DNA of 64,000 nucleotides from a virus (Duplodnaviria; Heunggongvirae; Uroviricota; Caudoviricetes): positions 1-64,000 of IMG/VR virus record IMGVR_UViG_2939142107_000001; one strand, given 5' to 3'. Shown piece by piece: positions 10,190 to 21,000 of this stretch. A program made the position numbers and the translations under genes. The notes below the pieces were generated by a model. It saw nothing but the letters and a program-made list of their open reading frames with translations, did no database searches and was not told the origin of the DNA. Within the stretch, counting starts at the first letter, position 1, and the number at the start of each line of letters is the position of its first letter.

Positions 10190-10893
10190 CAGCGAGCCTC
10201 CCACACGAAAATATTAAATTTACTTTCTGTTGGAAGAGTGCTTTTTAGTAACTCCCTGTTTGTATGTGATTTTATCCTGTTTATGACTTGGATTTTTCCC
10301 GCGTTGCTATTCATTCCTCGATGAACGTAGCCTAACGCACCAATGAAAAGATCCGTTAGCTGCAATTGTTGCACTTCATGAGATCGTATATGTTGAATTC
10401 TGTTTATCGACTCATGATTGTAATCATAGCGATCATTGTGAAGAACCCCTCTTAATTTCTCAATTTTTTCAATACCTAAAGTATCTTTTATATCTAGGTA
10501 GATATTGTATGTGTTGTTACTTTCTATTATGTTTTTTAAGACATAAAAAAACATCTTATAATAGAAAGTATTATGATCTTGATGGAATCGAGCATGGTCC
10601 AGTTGCTCTTTATCAGGAACAACAACACCTCTAAAGCGCAATGCTGGGTTGCTGAAGAAGTAATCTACGACATCTAAGTAAAATTCAACTTTGGACGCAG
10701 ATACTTTAGTCCACTTGATTTCGAAATCAGGTTTTAGATTGTGTTTTAATTTTAATTCCTTGATGTCTCTAGCAATTTTTTTTGTGATAGAGCCAGGACA
10801 CCAAAGTGCACCCAATACCATGACTTTATTATGATCATTTAGTAGGTGACAGGATTCATCGCAGAATACATTAAATGTTCTTCGGTTCAACAT
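10189..10893 (-). CDS. DUF3800-family protein
   Basis: N-terminal FCDES (D12-E13) and C-terminal QLQLTDLFIGAL (Q178..D181) match the two signature motifs of DUF3800. AAGTGGAG RBS upstream. AT-rich. Confidence 0.75.
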   Translation of the reverse strand: MLNRRTFNVFCDESCHLLNDHNKVMVLGALWCPGSITKKIARDIKELKLKHNLKPDFEIKWTKVSASKVEFYLDVVDYFFSNPALRFRGVVVPDKEQLDHARFHQDHNTFYYKMFFYVLKNIIESNNTYNIYLDIKDTLGIEKIEKLRGVLHNDRYDYNHESINRIQHIRSHEVQQLQLTDLFIGALGYVHRGMNSNAGKIQVINRIKSHTNRELLKSTLPTESKFNIFVWEAR

Positions 10894-11061
10894 GTTAACT
10901 CCACTTATTGTTAGGTAGAATTGTCCGTTAGTTGTTTATTAATTGCAATAAAGGGACGTCCAGATTTGACAACTATGTCCTCTTACCAGGACACCTATGA
11001 GTTTGCCTCATGGCAAACTAGAGGTGTTGAAAGTATGCATGGTTATAATTAGAGCAATTCA

Positions 11062-11907
11062 TTACCCTCTGAATCCTGCCGGTATACCCCATTGTTCGTT
11101 ATCTTTATTTTTGGCTAAAACCGCATTAAGAGCTTCGTTTACCGTCATGCAATGCGGCAGATTATCGAAGTTTGATATCCCGCCAATATCAGGAGAACGC
11201 TTGTTCTTCAGGAAAGCATATTTCCGCGAAGCCGCCTCTACTTTCTGCTTGAACTCATGTTTTTGAGCGCGTTTTTTGGATAACCGCAGATTGTCTGCCT
11301 TTGCTTTTGCCTCAGCGATCCAGGAAGTCAAATTTTTGAGCCTGGTCGTTCCGGCACCGCCGGAAACTGATCTTTTTGTTTTTTTAATTTGTGACTTCTT
11401 ATTCTTTATTGCCACGTCATCCTGACAGGGGGAGGGGGTATCATTTTGACATGGGGGTGTGGATAAAAAATTAAATAAAGCCAATGTCTTAGCGAGAACA
11501 GCTTTAACCTTGGTTGCCGCTGAAGAGATCTTTAATTTGCTTTCAATCAGCGCATTTTTGGCTTGTTGTGCGAAGGCCAAAAAGGATGGTGTAAACCGGT
11601 ACAGGTTAGCGCGACGTTCATGGTGATCGCCGATAACAATCTCTACAGACAGAATTCCTTTGTTTACAGCTTCACGGAATGCACGAACGACGGTTGATTG
11701 GCTATAACCAGTTTCTGCCGCGATCAGGCGGTGAGGCTTGTGAATGAAGTATTCACTGGTTGTTGCCGCTAGATTTGCACATTGCGACAGGATATGCCCG
11801 GCGCTACGGGATAGACCGGAGTGTGTTACAAAGCAGGCCAATTCATAGCCAGAAAAAGTAAAATCGCTCATCGTTATACAGCTCAGGAAAGTGACTTTAG
11901 CCAGCAT
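11062..11907 (-). CDS. repL: Lytic replicon initiator RepL (oriL lies inside the gene in P1)
   Basis: 281-aa protein recognised as P1 RepL; downstream of kilA on the same strand. Confidence 0.9.
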   Translation of the reverse strand: MLAKVTFLSCITMSDFTFSGYELACFVTHSGLSRSAGHILSQCANLAATTSEYFIHKPHRLIAAETGYSQSTVVRAFREAVNKGILSVEIVIGDHHERRANLYRFTPSFLAFAQQAKNALIESKLKISSAATKVKAVLAKTLALFNFLSTPPCQNDTPSPCQDDVAIKNKKSQIKKTKRSVSGGAGTTRLKNLTSWIAEAKAKADNLRLSKKRAQKHEFKQKVEAASRKYAFLKNKRSPDIGGISNFDNLPHCMTVNEALNAVLAKNKDNEQWGIPAGFRG

Positions 11908-11936
11908 TACAATGCTGGTGGTTCTTACTACGTCTG

Positions 11937-12737
11937 TTAGCGCGTTGCCGCGACAGGTACCAGCACACCAGCATCAAGCAATCGCTTCATCAGCCACTGC
12001 TGACCTTTGCCGGTTATACGAGTCGTGAAAGAAATCCTGCTTCCATTGCTTGTATCGATCACGGTTTCTTTAAGGGTGAAATACCCACGGGATATGTATT
12101 CTTGTTTGGGGACGTTCCTGCGTTCACCGGTTGCGATCAGAATTCCGTTATCACGCAACCAGGTGAAGAGATAGTTTTGGCCCAGGCCGAGCACTTTGGC
12201 ATAGTTGCCGATTAGAACCCCGCTAGCGGTAGCAACGCGTTCGGCGAATTCGACTTTAGGTGCATCCATAAGCATTTTTTGCTCCAGCCGTTGCTTTTGC
12301 TCTGCCAGGTCGGCAGCCAAACGGAGAGCTTCAGGGAGACTCTGCGGAATAGCTGGTTGTAATCTTCCGGCTCGATAGTCGATAAATGTCTGGTTTACCT
12401 TCAGCCGAAATGCGGGAGAAATCCAGCCTGCGTACTCCACAGCGAGCAATTCATGGGCAAAAGTGCCGCCGCCACGGCCTTCGAACGAAACTATGCAATT
12501 CTGCATAGTTTCTTTTTCAAGCTCTTCGATGAGCTGTTTGGCTGACAGCGTTCTTAGCCATTGAGCTGGCGCTTTATGGGCACCGAGTCCGCTCGCTCTG
12601 TGTAGAGCATTAAGGTTGTAACGGCCAGCGCAGTCGGTCGTAATTTCAACACCACAAATAACAGGCAGAGTGGTTGAAGGATCGACATTTTGATGAAGGT
12701 TTGATATATTCATATCCGCATTGAATGTTTGTTGCAT
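11937..12737 (-). CDS. kilA: KilA (KilA-N domain plus ANT/KilAC C-terminal domain)
   Basis: 266 aa. The C-terminal ~130 aa are paralogous to the Ant C-terminus (PQSLPEALRLAADLAEQK... versus PQTLPEALRLAAELAEQK...). Confidence 0.9.
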   Translation of the reverse strand: MQQTFNADMNISNLHQNVDPSTTLPVICGVEITTDCAGRYNLNALHRASGLGAHKAPAQWLRTLSAKQLIEELEKETMQNCIVSFEGRGGGTFAHELLAVEYAGWISPAFRLKVNQTFIDYRAGRLQPAIPQSLPEALRLAADLAEQKQRLEQKMLMDAPKVEFAERVATASGVLIGNYAKVLGLGQNYLFTWLRDNGILIATGERRNVPKQEYISRGYFTLKETVIDTSNGSRISFTTRITGKGQQWLMKRLLDAGVLVPVAATR

Positions 12738-12806
12738 TTTTTCTCCAAATTTGCATCAACCTTCAATCACCAGCTCGAAATGGTGATTCTTTGCACTTAG
12801 AAAACG

Positions 12807-12823
12807 AAATTTATTAGAGCAAA
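12807..12823 (-). promoter_or_regulatory. C1 operator upstream of kilA-repL
   Basis: AAATTTATTAGAGCAAA matches the reverse complement of the C1 operator consensus ATTGCTCTAATAAATTT at 16/17. Confidence 0.7.
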
Positions 12824-12900
12824 TTTTTCTGACTCGATCCAGATCGGGTTGGACGATCTGCTCAGAAACCTGCCAGTTAGCTGGCAGGTTTTTTCTTTTG

Positions 12901-13935
12901 TTAACCTATTGCTACTGGTTTTAACAAACCAGCATCAAGTAGCTTGCGAGTTAACCACTGCTGGCCTTTACCCGTTAATTGGGGCGTCAGCCGTATCTGG
13001 TAGCCATTTTCATCATCCAGCACCACTTCTTTCACCGTGAAATACCCGGCGTTGATGTACTGTTGGCGCGGTACGTTTTTGCGCGCTCCAAAAGCCATGA
13101 GAATGCCGTTCTGGCGCAACCATGAGAAAAGGGCGTTTTGCTTAAGTCCAACGACCTTTGCAAAGTTCCCGATCAGGATTCCATTGGCCACTGATACCCG
13201 GTCGGCAAAATCGACTTTAGGGGCTGCGGCCACCAGCTGTTGTTCCAACTGCATTTTCTGTTCTGCTAACTCGGCAGCCAGGCGTAGGGCTTCTGGTAAT
13301 GTCTGGGGGATCGATGGGGTAGGGGAGTTTGCCTGCTGTAACTCTTCCAGTTTGTCGATCAGCGAACGGCGGACCGCTTTTGACTCGCGCGCGGCAACTC
13401 GCAGGGCTTGTTTGTAGGTCATGGTTATAATATCTATTTCTGCGCCGTTTTTTTGACCTACGAAAATTTCGTAGGTTTCTCCTTCAAGCTCATCCTTAAC
13501 TCTGGCAATGAAATCATTGTTGCGAACTGGTTTTTCGCTACATAATTTCCGTGCCTCATTGACCATCTTCAACAATGTTTGGCTGTCGATTGTGTCTCCG
13601 GTGTTTGGGATGACATTCAGGGCTGGTGCTGGCGTAGCTGAAGCAACAGGTGCTGGTTTTTCAACATTTAAATTATTACCGGTCATTCTATGTGCCTCCT
13701 TTCTCATTTCTGCTGCCACTGTTGCGTAACGTAGACGTCCTTGTTCAATCAAATAATCCCTGATCTCGGCTATCAGTAGCCTGTTGATCACAGCCTTATC
13801 TGTTCGGGTATAAAAACGTCTGGTTATCATGAAATAGTTAGCAATTGCGCCGGGGATCTCCCGTGTCGGCATACAGGCAGTATGCAAGGCGATCGCTTCG
13901 ACTATTTCATTACGGGTGACGAGAGGTGTTTTCAT
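12901..13935 (-). CDS. ant1: Antirepressor Ant1 (Ant2 arises from an internal in-frame start in P1)
   Basis: 344-aa ORF overlapping the icd stop; ANT C-terminal domain; immI position. Confidence 0.85.
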   Translation of the reverse strand: MKTPLVTRNEIVEAIALHTACMPTREIPGAIANYFMITRRFYTRTDKAVINRLLIAEIRDYLIEQGRLRYATVAAEMRKEAHRMTGNNLNVEKPAPVASATPAPALNVIPNTGDTIDSQTLLKMVNEARKLCSEKPVRNNDFIARVKDELEGETYEIFVGQKNGAEIDIITMTYKQALRVAARESKAVRRSLIDKLEELQQANSPTPSIPQTLPEALRLAAELAEQKMQLEQQLVAAAPKVDFADRVSVANGILIGNFAKVVGLKQNALFSWLRQNGILMAFGARKNVPRQQYINAGYFTVKEVVLDDENGYQIRLTPQLTGKGQQWLTRKLLDAGLLKPVAIG

Positions 13936-14153
13936 AAACCCCCCTGAACGTCGGCAGAGAAGGGGAGGCTCCAGTAACTAAGTGAATTGCGCGAGTTAGT
14001 TGAAAAACGGGCAGTAAAAATGCAGGGGCCATCAGGCAATTGAGAGCGTGCTTCGTCTTCTGTTGCTGCGATAACGAAGTGATAGTGGTGTTTTTTACAG
14101 GAATAGAAACGCCAGATGAATTCTTGGCGTGCGCAAGGATTGGCATTAACCAT
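13932..14153 (-). CDS. icd: Icd (interference with cell division), leader gene coupled to ant
   Basis: 73-aa ORF directly downstream of c4 and overlapping the ant start, as in P1 immI. Confidence 0.8.
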   Translation of the reverse strand: MVNANPCARQEFIWRFYSCKKHHYHFVIAATEDEARSQLPDGPCIFTARFSTNSRNSLSYWSLPFSADVQGGL

Positions 14154-14202
14154 AGTTACGGCCTCGTAAGTTGATAAACAACCTGCGACCCGCTGCTAAA
14201 CA

Positions 14203-14279
14203 GGTGGCAGGACGTGACGGGGTTAGCAGACTGGCACTTACGAAACCAGCAGGCCGAAGCCTCCCCATCACGCCCCACC
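14203..14279 (-). ncRNA. c4: c4 antisense repressor RNA (77 nt)
   Basis: The minus strand reads GGTGGGGCGTGATGGGGAGGCTTCGGCCTGCTGGTTTCGTAAGTGCCAGTCTGCTAACCCCGTCACGTCCTGCCACC. Terminal GGTGG/CCACC and GGGCGTGATGGGG/CCCCGTCACGTCC pair. The 77-nt length equals the known c4 size. The loop CTGCTAAC is complementary to flanking GTTTAGCAG targets. Confidence 0.75.
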
Positions 14280-14398
14280 ATAATTCGGGCGTAACGTGGT
14301 TTACGGACACAAAAATACCGCAATATCGGAAATCTGCGGTTGTCCGCGTAAGTATTCAGGCTGCTAAACCCGGTCGCAGAATTTGCTACGACGGCGGA

Positions 14399-14427
14399 AC
14401 TATAAGCCTGAACGATTAAAAGGTCAA
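14399..14427 (-). promoter_or_regulatory. Sigma70 promoter of the c4-icd-ant operon (P51b-like)
   Basis: On the minus strand, TTGACC (14422-14427) is followed by a 17-nt spacer and TATAGT (14399-14404). Confidence 0.65.
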
Positions 14428-14465
14428 TATGATGCGAAAAGATAGCATTCGCGACTTAAAAATAC

Positions 14466-14482
14466 AAATTTATTAGAGCAGA
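14466..14482 (-). promoter_or_regulatory. C1 operator (Op51-like) upstream of immI
   Basis: AAATTTATTAGAGCAGA matches the operator consensus at 15/17. Confidence 0.7.
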
Positions 14483-14772
14483 TTAGTGTCGTGCAATAGA
14501 TATATTATTTGTGATGAAAAATAATGCAGAGGGATATTGTAACTTTAAGATGGATATCAATAGTCGATACATAAATTAAGTTAGCAATAAACTATTAACT
14601 TAAGAAATAATGCAGATGGTGAACTTGTCTCTGACTTTTCAGCTATACACAATAAGTTAGGGATAGCTTATAAAAAGTTGATTAATTGATATAAGTCAAT
14701 GGGAGTATTCTTGTTTACTTTTCGTTCTCGTGGTAACTTCTCGCCGGTTTTTGTTTTTCTGGGATGATTCTT

Positions 14773-15285
14773 ATGTCTAAAAAGTATACTTTATGCGCTC
14801 TTGTTGTATCTGCAATTCTTCTTTCTGGGTGTCAATCTAGCGGTGCTGATTATGCTGCCGATGTTTATGATACCGCTCAATTGAATTCGAAGCAGGAAAC
14901 AAAGACAGTCAATATTATCTCTGTGCTTCCAGCTAAAGTGAAAGTTGATAATAAAGCTAATAAAGAAGCGGCACAGACATTTGGTGCGGTACTGGGAGCT
15001 GTTGCTGGGGGCGTTGCCGGTTATAATGTTAAAGGCACATCGACACTGGGTGCTGTAGCTGGCGGTACTGGTGGTGCGGCTCTTGGTGCAGCGGCTGGTT
15101 CTTTGGTTAGTGATAAAACAATTGTTGAAGGTGTTTCACTGACTTATAAAGAAGGAACTAAGGTGTTCACTTCAACTCAAGTTGGTAAAGCATGCCAGTT
15201 TACAACGGGGCTTGCTGTGCTTATTTCAACTAAAGATAATGAAACTCGAATTCAGCCAAATGCTACTTGTCCAGAAAAGAAATAA
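14773..15285 (+). CDS. Glycine-zipper lipoprotein (SlyB/Pcp-like), at the sim locus position
   Basis: Signal peptide with lipobox LLSG|C (Cys20 counted from the ATG at 14773). Gly-zipper stretch GAVLGAVAGGVAGY...GAVAGGTGGAALGAAAG. An alternative ATG lies at 14764. Confidence 0.8.
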   Translation: MSKKYTLCALVVSAILLSGCQSSGADYAADVYDTAQLNSKQETKTVNIISVLPAKVKVDNKANKEAAQTFGAVLGAVAGGVAGYNVKGTSTLGAVAGGTGGAALGAAAGSLVSDKTIVEGVSLTYKEGTKVFTSTQVGKACQFTTGLAVLISTKDNETRIQPNATCPEKK

Positions 15286-15288
15286 TTT

Positions 15289-15828
15289 ATGAATAAAATT
15301 ATTTTATTTCTAATCTTTTCTACGTTTAGTGTAGGCACTGCCTTGGCTAACTCGTTGCAAAGTCAAATTGCTGCTATTGCTCAAGCGGAAAATGAAGGGC
15401 GAGCTAAAGAGCAGCAAGCTGAGGATGCCAGAAAAGAACTTATTCGCCAACAAGCACAAGCTGAACGTATTAGAAGAGAAAAAGCAGCATCTGCCGCTGC
15501 TGCACGCGAAAAACAGCGTGTTGCTGCAGAAAATGAACGTAGAGCGAAACGAGAAGCCGAGCTAGCAAATGACAAGAAGCGAGATCAAGCTTATGAGGAT
15601 GAGCTTCGCAAGCTGCAACTCGAAAGCATGAAACTCGAACTGCAAGCAAAAGCGGCTCGTGTCCAGCGAGAAAACGATTTTATAGAGCAGGAGTTGAAGG
15701 AGAGAGCAGCTAAGACAGATGTAATTCAGTCTGAGGCTGATGCAAATAGAAATATTTCTACAGGAAGTAAAGATTTACTGCAAAGCGAAGGAAAAGCTAG
15801 AGAGAAGAAAGCTAGCAGTTGGTGGTAG
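15289..15828 (+). CDS. Secreted/periplasmic charged coiled-coil protein
   Basis: Type I signal peptide MNKIILFLIFSTFSVGTALA|NS, followed by E/R/K/A/Q-rich heptad-like sequence. Starts 3 nt after the lipoprotein gene. Confidence 0.75.
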   Translation: MNKIILFLIFSTFSVGTALANSLQSQIAAIAQAENEGRAKEQQAEDARKELIRQQAQAERIRREKAASAAAAREKQRVAAENERRAKREAELANDKKRDQAYEDELRKLQLESMKLELQAKAARVQRENDFIEQELKERAAKTDVIQSEADANRNISTGSKDLLQSEGKAREKKASSWW

Positions 15829-15867
15829 TAATCACTACGATTGCGAGCATACTGTCACAAATGACAA

Positions 15868-16475
<608 letters not shown>

Positions 16476-16485
16476 GGGAGCTGAT

Positions 16486-17097
16486 ATGGGGCTTAATGTT
16501 GCTTCAGTAAAGTCTTATGTATCTTCGGCATTAACGACGACATTATTTGGCTCCGGCGTTGGTGAGCGGGAAGTTGGTAAGCTGACGTCAATCATCATGA
16601 ACAAAATGCTGTTCGCGCAAGGATGGCAGTTCTCTGTCGAAGTTGATGGTCTGGAGGGGGCAGACTTCTTTGCTAAAGACATTACCTACCACGATTACAG
16701 CATCGAATATGAAACGATTAAAATCGGCGGAGGGAATATCCTTCAGCCAACGGAGCGTTCGCCTGGGCAGATAACAATGATGGTCAGGGATACCGTTGAT
16801 GGCCTCGTTTTGGACTGGTTTAAGACGGCAAAAAGTCGGGTGATCAATCCGGACGGTACCGGGAATATACCGTCTAAATATTTGCTCAATGTGCGTATTT
16901 ATCGGTTGCTGTCCTCCGGTTTAACCAAACTGGAAAATGAGATGACGGTATTCCCGGTCACTACCGGCGATGTCACCTATGCGCGAGATCAGGTTACTGA
17001 ATTTAAGTCATTCCCAATGACCTTCGCATTGCACAGCACGTTTAACCAATCCTCAAGTTCTTTGGCTTCCCTTCTGGGCTTTAGCTTTTCTCTTTGA
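16486..17097 (+). CDS. tub: Tail tube protein
   Basis: 203-aa ORF; assigned by synteny with P1 tub. Confidence 0.6.
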   Translation: MGLNVASVKSYVSSALTTTLFGSGVGEREVGKLTSIIMNKMLFAQGWQFSVEVDGLEGADFFAKDITYHDYSIEYETIKIGGGNILQPTERSPGQITMMVRDTVDGLVLDWFKTAKSRVINPDGTGNIPSKYLLNVRIYRLLSSGLTKLENEMTVFPVTTGDVTYARDQVTEFKSFPMTFALHSTFNQSSSSLASLLGFSFSL

Positions 17098-17111
17098 ATT
17101 AAGGAGCAAGG

Positions 17112-17993
17112 ATGCTTTTACCTCTTTTCCCGCTACCATCGCGGCCAACTGAATTGATCCAGTTCCGTCAGCCAAATATTGCTGATGCGATGCGTTTCAA
17201 CTCGATAACACCGGAGGAACAAGAACAACAGACAACGGCGTATTTAAAAGCCTTGCTGGCTGAACCCGCGAAACATGATCCCCTGACATGGACGGCGCAG
17301 GACCGGATTACCGCGTTATGGTGGATATTTACCGGCTCCCGTGAAACACCGGTCGAGACATTCACCTACACCTGTAAACATTGCGGTAAAGAGCATTATT
17401 ACGATTGCGATATGAATGCTCTGGCTGAAGATATCCAGGTCCTGGAAGTGGAACCTTTCATTGACGATATTGAGGTGTCTGTAGAGGGAGTACCTTATCA
17501 ATGGCGTATCGTGCCGCTTGATGGTTGGGCAATGGAAATGCTGGAGATGCGCCGTGCAGCATTGCCACCTGAAGACGACGCGGAATTCAAAGAAGCGATC
17601 GTTGATTTGCGTTTTTGGGAATTCGCTTATCAGTGTGAGCTTTATAACGATGTTAGCGGTACTCGTGAAGATCAGGCTGAGCGTCGTTATGAAACGATTA
17701 AACGGATGGCCATTGATACTGAATTTATGAAGCTGGCGGCACACATCCGACTGGCTCATGAAAAGCTCGAGCATGGTTTACCGTGCTACATCGATAAAGG
17801 TGAAATGCGTCTTCGTCTCCCGCCGCATAAATGCCCAAATCAGGATAAAAAGGAGTCCACAGAGGGTGCATATACCCGTCTGTGGGTGCCCTTTCGGGCT
17901 ACCGACTTCATTCCACAGGTGGGGATTGAAAAGCTATCAGACCTTAGTGTCCAACCTGGTTTTGTATGGGGGTATACCGATTCAGGACGCTGA
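17112..17993 (+). CDS. pmgB: Putative morphogenetic protein
   Basis: 293-aa ORF; assigned by synteny. Confidence 0.55.
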   Translation: MLLPLFPLPSRPTELIQFRQPNIADAMRFNSITPEEQEQQTTAYLKALLAEPAKHDPLTWTAQDRITALWWIFTGSRETPVETFTYTCKHCGKEHYYDCDMNALAEDIQVLEVEPFIDDIEVSVEGVPYQWRIVPLDGWAMEMLEMRRAALPPEDDAEFKEAIVDLRFWEFAYQCELYNDVSGTREDQAERRYETIKRMAIDTEFMKLAAHIRLAHEKLEHGLPCYIDKGEMRLRLPPHKCPNQDKKESTEGAYTRLWVPFRATDFIPQVGIEKLSDLSVQPGFVWGYTDSGR

Positions 17994-18074
17994 AAGGCTT
18001 ACTGAATCCTATGCGTTTTTCCTGTTGGAGAAACTGGAAGAAAAACTTAAACCGAAACGGTAGGCGATAAGATC

Positions 18075-21000
18075 ATGGAAAGAAAAAACGCCAATATTGA
18101 CGATATTATAAGGACAGTTGAAACCGCCAGCGCGAAAGAGCTGGAAGAGCTTGCAGGTATTCGGGAAGCTGTTGAAGATTTGAAAGGGGAACGAGTTGCA
18201 ACTGTTGACCCAGTATCTCGCAGTGTGTCGGCATTAAATCGCACAATCGAAAATTCACGTCCTGACTTTGTGACCAATGCGCCATCAGTGGACCCTATTG
18301 TTGACGCAATAAAACGGCTTAATTTAGGGGACGTTTCTCGTATACGGGAGGACAAAGTCACTAACCGTGAACAGCAGGCTGCACCAACAGCGCACAATCC
18401 CCCAAATAGACGAAGAGAGGCAATAACAGAGGATGTTAAAGCACAGCGGTTAGAAACGGTCAAACTCGCTCGTGATTTGAAAGGGGAACGCGTTGCAACG
18501 GTTGACCCAGTATCTCGCAGTGTGTCGGCATTAAATCGAACAATCGAAAATTCCCGGCCAGACTTTGTGGCCAATGTGCCATCAGTAGACCCTATTGTTG
18601 ACGCAATGAAACGGCTTAATTTAGGGGACGTTTCTCGTGTAGTTCAGGAGGGCATTGCTCAACAGGAACAGCAGGCCAAATCAACTACACCAAAGGGTAA
18701 AAAACGACGCAGGAAGGCTATACCAGAGGATATAAAGGCACAACGGACCGAAGCAGCCGAACACGCTCGCGAAATGTTCGATCAAAAAGGCGGTGCGCAA
18801 AAAAGCCAAAACCAACGCGATGCGCGTGGTCGTTTTATTGGAAAGTTAGGGAGTAAGGCCGCAACGGAAGATGCCCGTGCTGAACGTGCTGAAAAGGCCA
18901 GGCGCAAAGAGGATGATGAGCGTCTAAATGCTGAATCAGGTTTATTAAAAAAACTGTCAAAAGTAGCTGAAGGCATAGGTAACCCTTCAGAGACTCGTGC
19001 CGTTGATGCGTTAGGTTATGCCGTTGCTGGTCCATTGTGGGCAGCAGGGAAGGAGCTTGGCGGGATATCAAAAGAAGTTGGTGGATCGCTTAATGGTGCC
19101 AGAAAGTCTATTGCCGATGTGATTCGTGGCAATGACGATAACAGCCGTAGAAAAGGTTTTTTTAGGCGTAAATCGCAAAATAGTGCCGATGTCGTTCAGG
19201 TTAACACCCAAAAACGGACAGTTCAGGAACTTCAGGAGCAGACCAGCGAAATTAAAGAGGGCAATGACAAGATTCTCAGCGCCCTTGATCAGATAGCCAA
19301 AAACACCGGGAAAAAGAAGGGCGGCTTGCTGTCCAAACTATTTAGCCTGTTAGGGAAGGGGGCCGGTGGCGTCGCGTCGTTGTTAATGGGGCGTGGCATG
19401 CTGAAAAAAGCTGGAGCACTCGCTTTTGGCGCTCTGGGGGCAAAGAAACTTGTAGGAATGCTACGCGGTGGTGGCAAGAAGACTATCGCCCATGAAGGTG
19501 GAGATTTGGCTGCCCGGGCAGCAGGTAAACTTGGATTAAAGGCAGTTGGTAAAGGGGCGTTACGCGCAATTCCCTTAGTCGGCACAGTGGCTGGAGGTAT
19601 TTATGATGCGGTAACCGGTTGGAATGATACAGAAGCGCAACGTCGAGCGTTTGGGCTTAAATCAGGACAAGATCCATCATTCCAGCAAAAAGCCGCTTAT
19701 ACGTTAGCCAATGTTCTTGATATGGGGGGACTGGTATCTGGTATTAGCAGCGCCATTGGTGAGGTTCTCAAATCACTTGGATTTGAGGATATCGGCAATA
19801 TGTTGCAATCATTTTCGACGGAAAGTATTGCCCAGGCCATTGATAGTGGGATTACCAACTTAGAAACATATATTTCTAACCTTGGCGACACCATTTCTAC
19901 CAAGTTCGAAGATTACACAGCAAAGATTGGTGATGCTGTTTCAGCATGGTTTAGCGATACATCTAATAAGCTGCTTGAAAAGCTGGATGCCATCAAAGAC
20001 TTCTTTACTGTTGATAACCTGAAACAGGTTTTCAGTGATGCAATTGATAGTGCAATTGATTTCATTAAGAACCCAGGGAAACACATTAAAGAGGCGGCTG
20101 GTAATATTTGGGATGGGGTTAAAAATTTACCTGGTAAAGCATTAGATGCAGCGGTTGATGCCGTTAAAAATACCCCTGCGGCAATGATTGTATCAAAAAT
20201 ACCCAATCCGATCGGCGAGGCTAATGCGAAAGAAATCACTCCAGAGTTAAAAGCTCCGGTTAATAGCGAGGCTAATGCGAAAGAAATCGCTCCAGAGTTA
20301 AAAGCTCCGGTTAATAGCCACCAGGAGACATCTGATTCTAAAACTGAATCCGATGCCAAACAGACTAATATTGCTACCCGCGTGATAAATGCGGCACTGG
20401 ACACAGCGAAAGATAGCAATAAAACAGTTAAACAAACTGCCAATCAGATTATCAATGCAAATGCCGTAGAAACGGGCAATAGCGCGTTGCAGAAAATTGA
20501 TAAAGCTATTGGTCAAAATAGCTCGTCATCATCCTCGCTTAATACCACTGGCACCAGGAATGACATTCAGAAAGCTGCGGATACCTACAATAATGGCAAC
20601 TTGTATGTAAAAGTCGGAAGTCTTGGCGCTGAAGGTAAGGCAAATCTCGATAAGTTGGCTCCGTATTTTGCTGAACTAGAGAATAAATATGGCCTTCCTG
20701 AAGGTACTCTTTACGCGATTGCTGCAACTGAATCTGGTGGTAATCCGTATGCAAAATCCCAAACCGGTGCTCTGGGAATGTTTCAGTTCACGGGGATTGC
20801 TCGTGAAGAGACTGGCTTAGCTGAAGGTGAATCGTTTGATCCTGTGAAATCGGCAGAAGCTGCGGCTCTTCTCATGAGCAAGTATCTGAAGCAAGCCAAT
20901 GGAGACTTAAACGAGGCCATCACTGCATATAACGCTGGGTTTGGCACTATCAATAAGTGGAAAAAAGGCACAGGTGACTTATCGAAAGAAAACCGTGAGT

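Noticed and set aside
18047-20443. Long minus-strand ORFs (175 aa at 18047-18574; 176 aa at 19913-20443) inside sit
   Set aside because: They are antisense to a gene with a clear SLT domain and tape-measure features. The first merely mirrors the sit internal duplication. They are low-complexity Ser/Ala-rich shadow frames.
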